Origin: Candidatus Aminicenantes bacterium UBA2190
GTDB taxonomy: Bacteria > Acidobacteriota > Aminicenantia > UBA2199
Assembly: GCA_002335385.1 (NCBI GenBank)
Contig: DCVK01000021.1
Span: 137,635 to 201,634 of the forward strand
Direction: 5' to 3'
Length of the DNA: 64,000 nucleotides
Below the pieces are notes generated by a model. The model ran no database searches and had not been told where the DNA came from. It saw only the letters and a program-made list of their open reading frames with translations. This document shows, piece after piece, positions 1-9,695 of the stretch (its first letter is position 1; every line of letters starts with the position of its first letter). Both the position numbers and the translations under genes were made by a program.

Positions 1-1
1 G

Positions 2-343
2 AACGCCCGGCAGCTGATCGAGGAAGAAAAACTACAGAACATCCTCAACCCCCGCAAGTCCAACCGCGAGTTCAAGGTCACCATCCGCTTCCAAAAAAAC
101 CTCGCGAAGAACTTTGAAAAGGCGCTGGCCTTGGCCCGCAAAAACCCGTTTTTCATGGAGGAGGGCGAGGGCGATCTTTACAGGGCCTACGCCAGTTTCC
201 ACCCCGCCGACGTCGAGGGACTGCACGAGCTTTTCGAACTGGTCAAAGACCGGGAGACCACGAAGATCTTCCTCAACAACAAGGCCATCCCTTACGCCCA
301 GGACCTGTGGCTGTTCCTGCTTTGGTTCTACCGGATCAAATAA
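2..343 (+). CDS. hypothetical protein, 5'-truncated by window edge
   Basis: Frame +2 open from base 2 (NARQLIEEEK...WFYRIK*) with host-like codon usage; no family recognised. Confidence 0.7.
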   Translation, partial: NARQLIEEEKLQNILNPRKSNREFKVTIRFQKNLAKNFEKALALARKNPFFMEEGEGDLYRAYASFHPADVEGLHELFELVKDRETTKIFLNNKAIPYAQDLWLFLLWFYRIK

Positions 344-369
344 AAAGCGGCAAAAAAGAGGGCGACAAC

Positions 370-398
370 TTGACTTTTCCCCAATATTAAATTATAAA
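370..398 (+). promoter_or_regulatory. sigma70-type promoter of TPR gene
   Basis: TTGACT-17 bp-TATAAA; AGGAGG RBS before ATG 423. Confidence 0.65.
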
Positions 399-422
399 GT
401 TATCTTGCTTTAGGAGGTCTTC

Positions 423-1418
423 ATGAAAAAGTTTAGCACGGTATTGCTCATCCTTTTCCTGTCCACCTTGATCCTCGCCAGCTTCACCGCCTGCGATAAG
501 CTGAAAATAGCCAATCTGAGAGCCAACAAGCATTTCAAGACGGGCAACAAGTTCTATACCGAGGAAAAGTACAAGCGGGCGATCACGGAGTACGAGGCCG
601 CCCTGGAGCTCAATCCCGAACTCAAGTCCGCCTTCTATTATCTCGGCTCCAGCTACATCATGGTCTATAAGCCCGGCGACGACAGCGACAAGAACAAGGA
701 GTACGGAGTCAAGGCCGTCGAGTACCTGCAGAAGGCCTTGGAACTGTACCCGGAGAACAAGGACATCATCCAGGCCCTCGGCGACATCAACGACAAGCTG
801 CGCAACTTCGACGAGGCCGAGAAATATTACCTGCAGGTGCAGAAATTCACTCCCGACGATCCCGCTTCCTATTACAACCTGGCCGGCTTCTACAACAACA
901 ACGGCAAGTATGACAAGGCCATCGAGATGTTCGAGGAGAGGATCAGGCTGGATCCGGCCAACCCGGAAGGCTACCTGTACCTGGCCGACTTTTTCCAGAA
1001 CAAGCGCAAGTGGGACGATGCCATCAAGAACCACGAGCTGCGCATCGCCAGGATCGCCGATATCGACATGGACGAGAAGGAGAAGAACGAGGTCCTGGCC
1101 GAGGCCTATTACCGGCTGGGCGTCGTCTGCTGGAACAAGAGCTACCAGACCCCGCCCGACGTCATGGGCTCGGTCGAGCGGCTCCAGGTCGTCGAGCAGG
1201 GTTTCAACGCCCTGAACAAGGCCACCGAGCTCTCTCCCAATTTCCCCGATCCCTGGGCTTACATGGGCTTGCTCTATAAGCAGAAGCAGATCGCCGAGCC
1301 TCTGAAGGCGGCCGAGTATGAGAAGCAATACAAGACCATGATCGATAAGTTCCAGGAGCTCCGCAAGCGCAAGCTGGCCACCGAGCAGTTCATCCAGGAA
1401 CTGGCCAAGGAAAAGTAA
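423..1418 (+). CDS. tetratricopeptide-repeat lipoprotein
   Basis: Signal peptide ending in lipobox-like FTAC; repeated TPR patterns (AYYRLG, SYYNLA, YLQKALELYP). Confidence 0.85.
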   Translation: MKKFSTVLLILFLSTLILASFTACDKLKIANLRANKHFKTGNKFYTEEKYKRAITEYEAALELNPELKSAFYYLGSSYIMVYKPGDDSDKNKEYGVKAVEYLQKALELYPENKDIIQALGDINDKLRNFDEAEKYYLQVQKFTPDDPASYYNLAGFYNNNGKYDKAIEMFEERIRLDPANPEGYLYLADFFQNKRKWDDAIKNHELRIARIADIDMDEKEKNEVLAEAYYRLGVVCWNKSYQTPPDVMGSVERLQVVEQGFNALNKATELSPNFPDPWAYMGLLYKQKQIAEPLKAAEYEKQYKTMIDKFQELRKRKLATEQFIQELAKEK

Positions 1419-1440
1419 GCGCCCGCGCCGCAACCAGCGA

Positions 1441-1479
1441 AACCCCTTGTTCTCCGACGGGGACAAGGGGTTTTTTTTT
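1441..1479 (+). terminator. intrinsic terminator
   Basis: CCCCTTGT...ACAAGGGG stem followed by T9. Confidence 0.85.
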
Positions 1480-1517
1480 GGCAGCGGCCGGGGCGGCGAC
1501 GGCCGCCTGGTGAGGAT

Positions 1518-1546
1518 TTGACAATTTGTACTGAAAAAGTTATATA
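1518..1546 (+). promoter_or_regulatory. sigma70 promoter, probably leaderless transcript
   Basis: TTGACA-17-TATATA, ATG only 6 nt after the -10, no SD. Confidence 0.65.
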
Positions 1547-1552
1547 TCGAGC

Positions 1553-1960
1553 ATGAAAATCAACACCAAGATCCGTTATGGACTGCGCATGCTGATCGCC
1601 ATCGCCCAGGAGGGAAAACTGGTGAACACCACCGAGCTGGGCGAGATCATGCACGTCTCCCCGAAGTACCTGCGCAAGCTGGCCGGGCCGTTGGAAAAGG
1701 GCGGCTTGATCCAGAGCGTCCAGGGGATCTATGGCGGTTATCGGCTGGCCAAGGACCCCGAAGAGATCACCCTGCTGGCGTTGATGGATGCCTTCGGAGA
1801 GAAAGTCTCGCTCGCCAACTGCCTCCTGGGCAAGAAGTGCGAGCTGAAAGACTCCTGCCTGGCCAGGCAGGTCTGGGAAATGCTGGAAAAAACGATGCAG
1901 AAGCATTTTCTGCCCATTTCTCTCGGCGATATCCTGGGCAGCAGGGTGCAGATGCCGTGA
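1553..1960 (+). CDS. Rrf2-family transcriptional regulator (3-Cys, Fe-S type)
   Basis: RYGLR, SPKYL, QSVQGIYGGYRLAKDPEEITL motifs; CLLGKKCELKDSC cluster. Confidence 0.9.
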   Translation: MKINTKIRYGLRMLIAIAQEGKLVNTTELGEIMHVSPKYLRKLAGPLEKGGLIQSVQGIYGGYRLAKDPEEITLLALMDAFGEKVSLANCLLGKKCELKDSCLARQVWEMLEKTMQKHFLPISLGDILGSRVQMP

Positions 1961-2045
1961 CCCCTCGCAAACGCGACGGGCGCCTCCCGGATGGGTGCGG
2001 TTGACTACTCCCCCGAAATATAGTATATTTGCTGGTAATTACAAC

Positions 2046-2522
2046 ATGACCAAGCGCGGATTTTTGCTTATTTGCTGCCTGATCTTCTTCTGCCTCAACG
2101 CGTTACCCCAGGACGAATTCCTTGGGATCGAGTGCGCGGTCGTGCCGCGCCATATCCTGCAGGGCAACGAGGGGATGCTCAAGATCAAGATCAATTTGCG
2201 CAACGGCGTCAGGATATCGGCCAATCCCGAGTTCCTCATCCGCCTCGACGAGAACGAAAGCCTGTCGTTCGCCAAGATATTCTTCGCCGGCTCGGAGTTG
2301 AACCTGCCCACCACCCAGGAAGGAGAAGCCGTGTTCCTGGACCCGCAGAAAGAGATCGAGGTCCCTTTCACGCTCAGCGAAGAGGCCTTGCTGGGCAATC
2401 TCACCGTCAGCGGCGAGGTCGTTTTCACCATGCTGTTCCCGGACAACTGGTCGGTGAAGACCACGCAGAAGTTCTCGGCCGGCTTCGTTTCGCGCCGGAA
2501 CTACCAGATCAAGAAAAAATGA
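2046..2522 (+). CDS. secreted hypothetical protein, beta-rich (DsbD-N-like fold possible)
   Basis: ATG 2046 followed by hydrophobic signal peptide; TTGACT-17-TATATT upstream. Confidence 0.6.
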   Translation: MTKRGFLLICCLIFFCLNALPQDEFLGIECAVVPRHILQGNEGMLKIKINLRNGVRISANPEFLIRLDENESLSFAKIFFAGSELNLPTTQEGEAVFLDPQKEIEVPFTLSEEALLGNLTVSGEVVFTMLFPDNWSVKTTQKFSAGFVSRRNYQIKKK

Positions 2523-2529
2523 CGCCCGA

Positions 2530-3501
2530 TCACAGGAAGCCCTGCTCGCGGTACCAGGTGATCGTTTCTGCAAGGGCGGCCGGCAGCGGCACGCGGGGTT
2601 GAAAGTGCAGCATGGCATCGATCTTGGCGGCCGAGCACACCCAGGCCGGAAATTTCATCTCGTTGAACTTGTCGCGGTTGAAGATCGCCTTGTTCCCGAA
2701 GAAACGGATGCGCAGCTCGGAGAACTCGGCCAGGACGCGACCCATGGCCTCCGGCACCACGATCGTCCGCGCCTTTTTCTTTCCCAGCAGCAGGGCGGCC
2801 TGCTTCATGAGGGCGTGCCATTCGACGGCTTCCGGATTGGCCACGTAGAAGATCTCGCTCCCGCAGGAGCTGAAGGCAGCGGCGATCATGCCGCGGACCA
2901 GGTCCTTGACATATATCAGCGAATACCAGCGCTGCGTGCGTCCCAACAGGGGGATGATCCCGCGGTTGACGATGCGAAAGGCGTCGAGCATGTCCATGTC
3001 CCAGGGCCCGAAGACGATGGGGGCGCGGATGACGATGCGCGGAACCGCGCACTGCGCCGCGACGGCTTCCTCCTGGGCCAGCTTGCTCCTGCCGTAGAGC
3101 GATATCGGTGCGGCGGGGACCTCCTCGCTCAGCATGGCGCGGCCGAGACTGGGGCCGGCTGCAGCCAGCGACGACAGCAGGATGACGCGCTCCAGGTTTT
3201 TCAAGGGCCGCAGCCGCTCCATGAGCGCGCGCGTGCCCTCGACGTTTACCCGCGCAAAATCGCCGGGAGCCAGCGTCTTGGTGGCGGCCGCCAGGTGGAA
3301 GACCATTTCGATGTCTGCGGGGAAAGGCTCGGACGCGAACAGGTCTCCGCGTACCACCGCCGGCGGCCTCTTGAAGGCGCAGGCTTCCAGCCTGCCGTTG
3401 TCCCGGACCAGGAGATGCACCCGGTGGCGGCCTTCCGCCAGCAGCGCTGCGACCAGGTGGCGGCCGACGAACCCCGTCCCTCCGGTCACCAGTATGTTCA
3501 T
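2530..3501 (-). CDS. extended SDR NAD-dependent epimerase/reductase (candidate ceramide reductase CerR-like)
   Basis: TGGTGFVG Rossmann motif, SSLAAAGP, YGRSK catalytic YxxxK. Confidence 0.85.
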   Translation of the reverse strand: MNILVTGGTGFVGRHLVAALLAEGRHRVHLLVRDNGRLEACAFKRPPAVVRGDLFASEPFPADIEMVFHLAAATKTLAPGDFARVNVEGTRALMERLRPLKNLERVILLSSLAAAGPSLGRAMLSEEVPAAPISLYGRSKLAQEEAVAAQCAVPRIVIRAPIVFGPWDMDMLDAFRIVNRGIIPLLGRTQRWYSLIYVKDLVRGMIAAAFSSCGSEIFYVANPEAVEWHALMKQAALLLGKKKARTIVVPEAMGRVLAEFSELRIRFFGNKAIFNRDKFNEMKFPAWVCSAAKIDAMLHFQPRVPLPAALAETITWYREQGFL

Positions 3502-3550
3502 GGGGCCATTCTATAGAATCCATCCGCATTATGCAAACGAGGAGTGAAAC

Positions 3551-4732
3551 ATGGACGTGTTCAAAAAATGCTTTGAGTTCACCCAGGCCGAAGATTACAA
3601 AAATTCCGGCCTATACCCCTATTTCACCGAGATCGAGAAGGTGGAAGGCAACCACGTGTGGGTCGGCGGCAAGAAGATTCTCATGGTCGGCTCCAACAAC
3701 TACCTGGGGCTGTTCGATGACCCGAGCGTCAAGGCCTCGGCCATCGCTGCCGTCGAGAAGTACGGCACGTCCACCTGCGGCTCCCGCTTCCTGAACGGAA
3801 CGTATTCGCTTCACGTCGAGCTGGAAAAGAAGCTGGCCCAGTTCATGGGCAAAGAAGAGGCGCTGACATTTTCCACCGGCATGCAGACCAATCTGGGGAC
3901 CATCTCGGCCCTGGCCGGCCGCGACGACGTCATTGTCCTGGACCGCATGGTCCATGCCTCGATCATGGACGCCGTGCGCCTTTCCTATGCCCACGTCGCC
4001 AAGTTCAAGCACAACGACATGAAGGACCTGGAGGACAAGCTGGCGCACCAGCCGGCGGAAAAAGGCAAGCTGATCATCGTCGACGGCGTCTTCAGCATGG
4101 AGGGCGACCTCTCCAACCTGCCGCAGATCGTCAAGCTGGCCAAGAAGTACCATGCCCGGGTGATGGTCGACGACGCCCACGGCATCGGAGTCATGGGCGA
4201 GAGGGGACGGGGAACGGCGGAGCATTTCGGCCTGCTCGACGAGGTCGACCTGATCATGACCACCTTCTCCAAGTCGTTCGCCTCGCTGGGCGGCTTCGTC
4301 GTCGGCGACCGCACGATCATCCAGTACATCAAGCACCATGCCCGGTCGCTGATCTTTTCCGCTTCCATTACCCCGGCCGCCCTGGGCGCCGCGCACAGGG
4401 CACTGGAGATCATCCGGAACGAGCCGCAGCGCCGCCAGCGCCTGTGGGAGATCACCCGCATCATGAACAAGGAGCTGACGGCCATGGGCTACCATACGGG
4501 AAATACCGAAACGCCCATCATCCCGGTCTTCATCCACGACATGGAAAAGACCTTCATGATGTGGAAGTTCCTGCGCGATTTCGGCATTTTCACCAACCCG
4601 GTGATCGCTCCGGCCGTGCCGCCGGAGGACTCCCTGATCCGCACCTCGTTCACGGCCACCCACACCGACGAGGACCTGGAATTGATCCTCAAGGGGTTCC
4701 GGCAGGGCGGCAAGCTCCTGGGGCTGATCTGA
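3551..4732 (+). CDS. spt: alpha-oxoamine synthase, serine palmitoyltransferase-like
   Basis: GSNNYLGL, GSRFLNGT, HASI, DGVFSMEGD, DDAHG, TFSKS PLP lysine; N-terminal YPYF segment as in bacterial Spt. Confidence 0.7.
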   Translation: MDVFKKCFEFTQAEDYKNSGLYPYFTEIEKVEGNHVWVGGKKILMVGSNNYLGLFDDPSVKASAIAAVEKYGTSTCGSRFLNGTYSLHVELEKKLAQFMGKEEALTFSTGMQTNLGTISALAGRDDVIVLDRMVHASIMDAVRLSYAHVAKFKHNDMKDLEDKLAHQPAEKGKLIIVDGVFSMEGDLSNLPQIVKLAKKYHARVMVDDAHGIGVMGERGRGTAEHFGLLDEVDLIMTTFSKSFASLGGFVVGDRTIIQYIKHHARSLIFSASITPAALGAAHRALEIIRNEPQRRQRLWEITRIMNKELTAMGYHTGNTETPIIPVFIHDMEKTFMMWKFLRDFGIFTNPVIAPAVPPEDSLIRTSFTATHTDEDLELILKGFRQGGKLLGLI

Positions 4733-4763
4733 GTTCTGCCCCCGGAGGCAGGCCCGGCGGGCA

Positions 4764-5693
4764 GTGAATATCAGCGCGGTCGTCGTCAGCTTCGACTCCG
4801 CAAGGTTCCTGGAACGGAATTTCCGTTCCCTGGCCGGCCAGACCGTCCCCTTCCGCAAGATCGTCGTCGTCGACAACGCCTCCCGGGACGGTTCGCAGGC
4901 GATCATCGCGGCGTTCGCCGGATCGGACCCGTTGCTGCTGGAAAAGAATGTCGGCTACGCGGCCGCGGCCAATTTGGGCATCGGCCGCAGCGAATCCGAC
5001 CTGGTGCTGGTGGCCAACGCCGACGTCTTTCTCCATGAGGAATTCAATCGCCGCGCCCTGGAGTTCTTCGCCCGCCGCCCGCAGGCCGGGCTGCTCTCCC
5101 CACTCATCCTGCGCTTCGACGGCGCGACCATCGACTCGGCGGGCCAGGAGCGCTCGCTGGCGCTGTACCCCCGCGAGTCGGGCTACGGCCGCCCCCTGGC
5201 GCGCCAGGCGCTGGTGGAGAGGGAGGTCTTCTCCGTCTGCGGGGCGGCGACCGTCTTCCAGCGGGCGGCCCTGGAGAAGCTGAAGATCGGCGACGAGTAC
5301 TACGACGAGGATTTTTTCATGTTCTGGGAGGATTTCGATATCGGCTGGCGGGCCAACCTGCTGGGACTCAGGGCCTATTTCTCCCCCGACGTCGTCGCCC
5401 ACCATTTCCGCAGCGCCACGCTGCCGCGTTCGCGCTGCTCGCGATTCTCGCTGGCGCTGGCCCGGCCCGCCTCCCTGCGCTTTCACCTGGTGAAGAACCG
5501 CTACCTGACCCTGGTCAAGAACTTCCGCCTGCGGCGCGACGCCTGCTCCCTGCCGCTGGCCGCGGCGCGGGACCTGCTGTGGGTGGGAGCATTGACAATC
5601 CGTTCCCCCAAAATTATAATCGCCCTGGCCCGCTCGCGACATGTCTTCAGAAAAGCATGGGGAAAGAGGAAGTGGATAAAAGCTCATGAATGA
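4764..5693 (+). CDS. glycosyltransferase family 2
   Basis: VVVDNASRDG, NVGYAAAAN, NAD, FFMFWEDFD motifs. Confidence 0.9.
   Translation: MNISAVVVSFDSARFLERNFRSLAGQTVPFRKIVVVDNASRDGSQAIIAAFAGSDPLLLEKNVGYAAAANLGIGRSESDLVLVANADVFLHEEFNRRALEFFARRPQAGLLSPLILRFDGATIDSAGQERSLALYPRESGYGRPLARQALVEREVFSVCGAATVFQRAALEKLKIGDEYYDEDFFMFWEDFDIGWRANLLGLRAYFSPDVVAHHFRSATLPRSRCSRFSLALARPASLRFHLVKNRYLTLVKNFRLRRDACSLPLAAARDLLWVGALTIRSPKIIIALARSRHVFRKAWGKRKWIKAHE
5592..5620 (+). promoter_or_regulatory. perfect-consensus internal sigma70 promoter
   Basis: TTGACA-17-TATAAT inside 3' end of GT2 gene, upstream of ATG 5686. Confidence 0.7.
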
Positions 5694-6687
5694 GATCGTC
5701 CTGGTTTTCTCATTCGTCCTCTCTTTCCTGCTAACGCTGTACGGCACGCCCCTGGCGCAGAAGGCCGCCTTTCGCTATGGGATCCTCGACCAGCCCGACG
5801 GCAAGCTGAAAAAGCACTCCCGGCCGGTGCCGTACATGGGAGGGGTGATCGTCTATTTCGCCTTCATCTCGCCGATCAGCCTGGTGTTCGACTTCAACGA
5901 ACGCCTGCTGGGCATCCTGTTCGCCAGCTCCATCCTGCTGCTGGTGGGGCTTCTCGACGACCTCAAGGCCCTGACCCCGGTGATCAAGTTCCTGTTCCAG
6001 GTGGTGGCCACCTATATCCTGCTCAAGAGCGGCATCGTCATCGATCTGATTTTTTTCCCCCAGTGGCTGGACATCGCCCTCTCCTGCCTGTGGATCCTCA
6101 CCGTGATCAATGCCTTCAACATCATCGACATCATGGACGGGCTGGCCGCAGCGGTGGGCGCCCTGAGTTCCCTGACCATATTCATCATCTCCCTGTATAC
6201 CGGGGACTTCCTGATCTCCATCCTTTCCGTCAGCCTGGCCGCCGCCCTGCTGGCCTTTCTCAAATTCAACTGGGAACCGGCCCGCATCTACCTGGGCGAC
6301 GCCGGCAGCATGGTCCTGGGCCTGATCATCGGCTCCCTGGCCATGATGGTGAGCTATACCCGCTTCAACCGCATGGCGTTCCTCTCGGGGCTTTTCGTCG
6401 TGGGCATCCCGCTCTTCGACCTGGCCTACGTGATCGTGCTGCGCATCCTGAAAGGCCGTTCTCCGTTCCTGGGCAGTCCGGACCATTTCGCCCTGCGCCT
6501 GCGCAAGAAGATGAACTGGTCGGCGCAGCGGACCGTCGGCGCCATCCTCTATGCGCAGCTGGCCCTCTCCGGTCTGGTCATCGCCAGTTTCTTTTCCACG
6601 CCCCGCTTCACCCTGGTTTCCGGCACCGCGGCCGCCGGCTTGTTCATCATCCTGGGGTGGGTCCTGGCGGGGGTGGAAATGGAATGA
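5686..6687 (+). CDS. WecA/MraY-family polyprenyl-phosphate HexNAc-1-phosphate transferase
   Basis: Multi-TM; GLLDD, NAFNIIDIMDGLA, IYLGDAGS motifs. Confidence 0.9.
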   Translation: MNEIVLVFSFVLSFLLTLYGTPLAQKAAFRYGILDQPDGKLKKHSRPVPYMGGVIVYFAFISPISLVFDFNERLLGILFASSILLLVGLLDDLKALTPVIKFLFQVVATYILLKSGIVIDLIFFPQWLDIALSCLWILTVINAFNIIDIMDGLAAAVGALSSLTIFIISLYTGDFLISILSVSLAAALLAFLKFNWEPARIYLGDAGSMVLGLIIGSLAMMVSYTRFNRMAFLSGLFVVGIPLFDLAYVIVLRILKGRSPFLGSPDHFALRLRKKMNWSAQRTVGAILYAQLALSGLVIASFFSTPRFTLVSGTAAAGLFIILGWVLAGVEME

Positions 6688-7925
6688 ACGTCATCATCGG
6701 GGCCGGCATATCGGGCCTGAGTGCCGGGCAGGAGCTGCGAAGCGATTTCTTGATCCTGGAGAAGAGTTCCGCCCTCGGCGGCCTTGCGGGACAGTACCGC
6801 GCCGGCGGCTTCGCCTTCGATCACGGGGGCCACTATTTCCATTTCCAGGACAAACCGGAGATCCAGAGGCACGTGGAAATGTTCCATGCCTTTCGCCGCT
6901 ACCGGCGCAACAGCAAGGTGTTCCTGCAGGGGCGCTTCATCCCCTATTCCCTGCAGTACCATCTGGCCGGTCTGCCGGCGCGGCAGCGCAACCCCATCCT
7001 GGCCGAGGTCCTGGCCGGCCCGGGCGGTCCGGCGGGCGGGCCGGCGCAGGACCTGGAGCGGTTCCTGCTGGCCCACTTCGGGCCGAGCCTGGTGCGCCTG
7101 TTCTTCGCGCCGTACCTGGAGAAATTCTACGGCCGGCCGCTGGCGGCCATGATCGCCGGCATGGACAAGGGGAGCATCCCGGTCCCAAGGAAAGAGGACG
7201 TTGTGGCCGGTGCCCTTTGCCGACGGCCGTGCGCCGAGGGTTACAACCCCGTTTTCTATTACCCGTCGGGATCGCTCCAGGCTTTCATCGACGATTACGG
7301 GCGTCCCCTGGCGGCAAGGATCCGCTGCCGGGAAGAGGTCGTCGCCATCGAACCGGCGCGGAAGCTGGTGGTCACCAACGGCGGCAGCTATCGCTACGAC
7401 AGCCTGATCAGCACCATGCCCTTGAACCGTTTGCTGGGGATCATGACGCCGCCTCAGCCCTTTCCCCGGAAGCAGTTTCACCACCTGTCGACCCTGGTGG
7501 TCAACGCCGTGCTGGCGCGGCGTCGGCGCCGCTTTCACTGGCTGTATCTGCCGGAAACGCAATTTCCCTTCTATCGCGTCGGCTACTATCCGGCGGCGGG
7601 GACGGTCGCCGTGTACCTGGAGAAGACGATCGCTGCGGATTCCCCCCTCGATGCCCGTCAGGTCCGCCGTGAAGCGGTCTTCACCCTGAAGCGAACGGGG
7701 ATGATCGCCGGCGCCGAAGAGATTCTTTTCCATGACCTGAAGAGGATCCCCGTTTCCTACGTGGTTTTCGATCGCGGGTGGCCGCGACTGGTGCCGGCCG
7801 CACTGGCGCACCTGCGCCGCCAGAGCATCCACTCCATCGGCCGCTACGGCAGCTGGAATTACACGTCCATGGCCGACGATATCCGCCTGGCGCGGGAAAC
7901 GGCCGGCCGCCTCAACAAGGCATGA
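6684..7925 (+). CDS. FAD-dependent oxidoreductase (UDP-galactopyranose mutase / protoporphyrinogen-oxidase-like)
   Basis: ATGA overlap with upstream stop; IIGAGISGLS, FDHGGHYFH, GRYGSWNY motifs. Confidence 0.8.
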   Translation: MNVIIGAGISGLSAGQELRSDFLILEKSSALGGLAGQYRAGGFAFDHGGHYFHFQDKPEIQRHVEMFHAFRRYRRNSKVFLQGRFIPYSLQYHLAGLPARQRNPILAEVLAGPGGPAGGPAQDLERFLLAHFGPSLVRLFFAPYLEKFYGRPLAAMIAGMDKGSIPVPRKEDVVAGALCRRPCAEGYNPVFYYPSGSLQAFIDDYGRPLAARIRCREEVVAIEPARKLVVTNGGSYRYDSLISTMPLNRLLGIMTPPQPFPRKQFHHLSTLVVNAVLARRRRRFHWLYLPETQFPFYRVGYYPAAGTVAVYLEKTIAADSPLDARQVRREAVFTLKRTGMIAGAEEILFHDLKRIPVSYVVFDRGWPRLVPAALAHLRRQSIHSIGRYGSWNYTSMADDIRLARETAGRLNKA

Positions 7926-9097
7926 GCGGCAGGATCGTCGTCGCCCACGTGATCACCAAGCTGGAGCTTGGCGGCGCCCAGCTCAACACGCTGCACACGG
8001 TCGAGCACCTCGATCCCTTGCGCTTCGACGCCTGCCTGCTCTGCGGCCCCGGGGGGGTGCTGAAGAGCCGGCTGGCCGAAGCGGACCGCCTTTTCATCGT
8101 CCCCGCCCTGGGAAGGGAGATCCGGCCCGTCCGGGACATCCAGGCATTGCTGCAGCTGCTGCGGCTGTTCAAGCGGTTCCGGCCGCAGATCGTCCACACC
8201 CATTCGGCGAAAGCCGGCATTTTGGGACGGGCGGCCGCCCGCCTGGCGGGCGTCCCGGTCGTCGTCCACACAATCCACGGTTTTTCCTTCTCCCCTTTGC
8301 AGCCGTTTTTACAGCGCCGTTTCTATCGCCTGGCCGAAAGAGCCTGCCGGCCGCTGACGGACCATTTCGTCTTTGTCTCCCGCAGCGACATGGACCAGGC
8401 GCGCCGGCTGAAGCTGATGATACCGCCGCGCATCGACTCGGATGGCGACAGCTTCTCCCTCATCCGCAGCGGCTTCCCCCTGGGAAAATTCCTCGCCAGA
8501 GGGGACGCGGCGGCGGCCAGGGCGAAATACGACCTGCCGCCGGGATGTATCGTGTGCGGCACCATCGCCCCTTTCAAGCCGCAGAAGGGGCTGCTGGGCC
8601 TGGTGGAGGTCGCCGCCCGGGTCATCGCCAGGAACCCGGAGGTCATTTTCTTCATCGCCGGAGACGGCGAGCAGCGGCCGCTGCTGGAGGCCGAGCTGCG
8701 GCGTCGCGGCATTGCGGCGAACTTCCGCCTGCCGGGATTCATCCGTGACGTGGAGAACGTCATGGACGCTTTTGACATCGGACTTTCCACCGCCCGGTGG
8801 GAAGGGCTGCCGCAGAGCCTGGTGCAGCTGCGCCTGAAGAAAAAGGCGATCGTGGCCAGCGACATTCCGGGCAACCGTGAGGTCGTCCGGGACAGGGAGA
8901 ACGGACTCCTGGTGCCCTGGAACGACGCGGAGCGCTTTGCCGCGGCCATCCTCGAACTCGCCGGGAATGCCGGGCTGCGGCGCCGGATGGGAAACTTCAG
9001 CGCCGAGGATTTCAGCGAGTGGTCGGCCGACGTGCTGGTGGCGCGCCAGGAGGAGCTGTACCAGCGCCTCGTGGTCCGCAGCTGGACGCGGAACTGA
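7922..9097 (+). CDS. glycosyltransferase family 4
   Basis: GGAQ, HTHSAKAGILGR, KPQKG, EGLPQS motifs; ATGA overlap. Confidence 0.9.
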   Translation: MSGRIVVAHVITKLELGGAQLNTLHTVEHLDPLRFDACLLCGPGGVLKSRLAEADRLFIVPALGREIRPVRDIQALLQLLRLFKRFRPQIVHTHSAKAGILGRAAARLAGVPVVVHTIHGFSFSPLQPFLQRRFYRLAERACRPLTDHFVFVSRSDMDQARRLKLMIPPRIDSDGDSFSLIRSGFPLGKFLARGDAAAARAKYDLPPGCIVCGTIAPFKPQKGLLGLVEVAARVIARNPEVIFFIAGDGEQRPLLEAELRRRGIAANFRLPGFIRDVENVMDAFDIGLSTARWEGLPQSLVQLRLKKKAIVASDIPGNREVVRDRENGLLVPWNDAERFAAAILELAGNAGLRRRMGNFSAEDFSEWSADVLVARQEELYQRLVVRSWTRN

Positions 9098-9213
9098 GGG
9101 CGTCCGCACCGGCGGCAAAGCGACGTCTTTACTTATCATCTCCCGGGGGGTACAATGAAGCGAAGCGCGGGAGAATTCCCCGCCCGGCGGCCTGGCCGCC
9201 CAAGGAGGTCGGA

Positions 9214-9678
9214 ATGAAAGGCAACAAGAAGCTGATCCAAACCCTGAATGCGCTCCTGGCCGATGAATTGACGGCGGTCAACCAATACATGGTGCATTCG
9301 GAGATGAATGCCGACTGGGGCTATGAAAAGCTGCACCAGCATTTTGAAAAGCGGGCCATCGACGAAATGAAGCATGCCGAGAAGCTGATCGGCCGCATCC
9401 TTTTCCTGGAAGGACTGCCGGTCGTCACCACCCTGAAGAAGATCACCATCGGTGCGGATATCGCCAAACAGCTGGCCGCCGACCATGCCGCCGAGGCCGA
9501 GGCGATCGTGGCCTACAACCAGGCCATCAAGCTGGCCGGGGATCTGGCCGACTTCGCCACCCGCGAGATCCTGGAAAGGATTCTGAGCGAGGAGGACGGC
9601 CATATCGACAAGATCGAGGAGCTGCAGGATCAGATGGGGCACATGGGGGCGGCGATCTTCCTCACCACCCAGGTCTGA
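9214..9678 (+). CDS. bfr: bacterioferritin
   Basis: ELTAVNQY, IDEMKHAEKLI (heme Met), EEDGHID; AAGGAGG RBS. Confidence 0.93.
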   Translation: MKGNKKLIQTLNALLADELTAVNQYMVHSEMNADWGYEKLHQHFEKRAIDEMKHAEKLIGRILFLEGLPVVTTLKKITIGADIAKQLAADHAAEAEAIVAYNQAIKLAGDLADFATREILERILSEEDGHIDKIEELQDQMGHMGAAIFLTTQV

Positions 9679-9695
9679 ACGCCGCGGCGCCCGGA

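Noticed and set aside
3551..4732. Annotation as bioF (8-amino-7-oxononanoate synthase)
   Set aside because: No biotin genes nearby; N-terminus and context fit Spt better, but this is not excluded without a phylogeny
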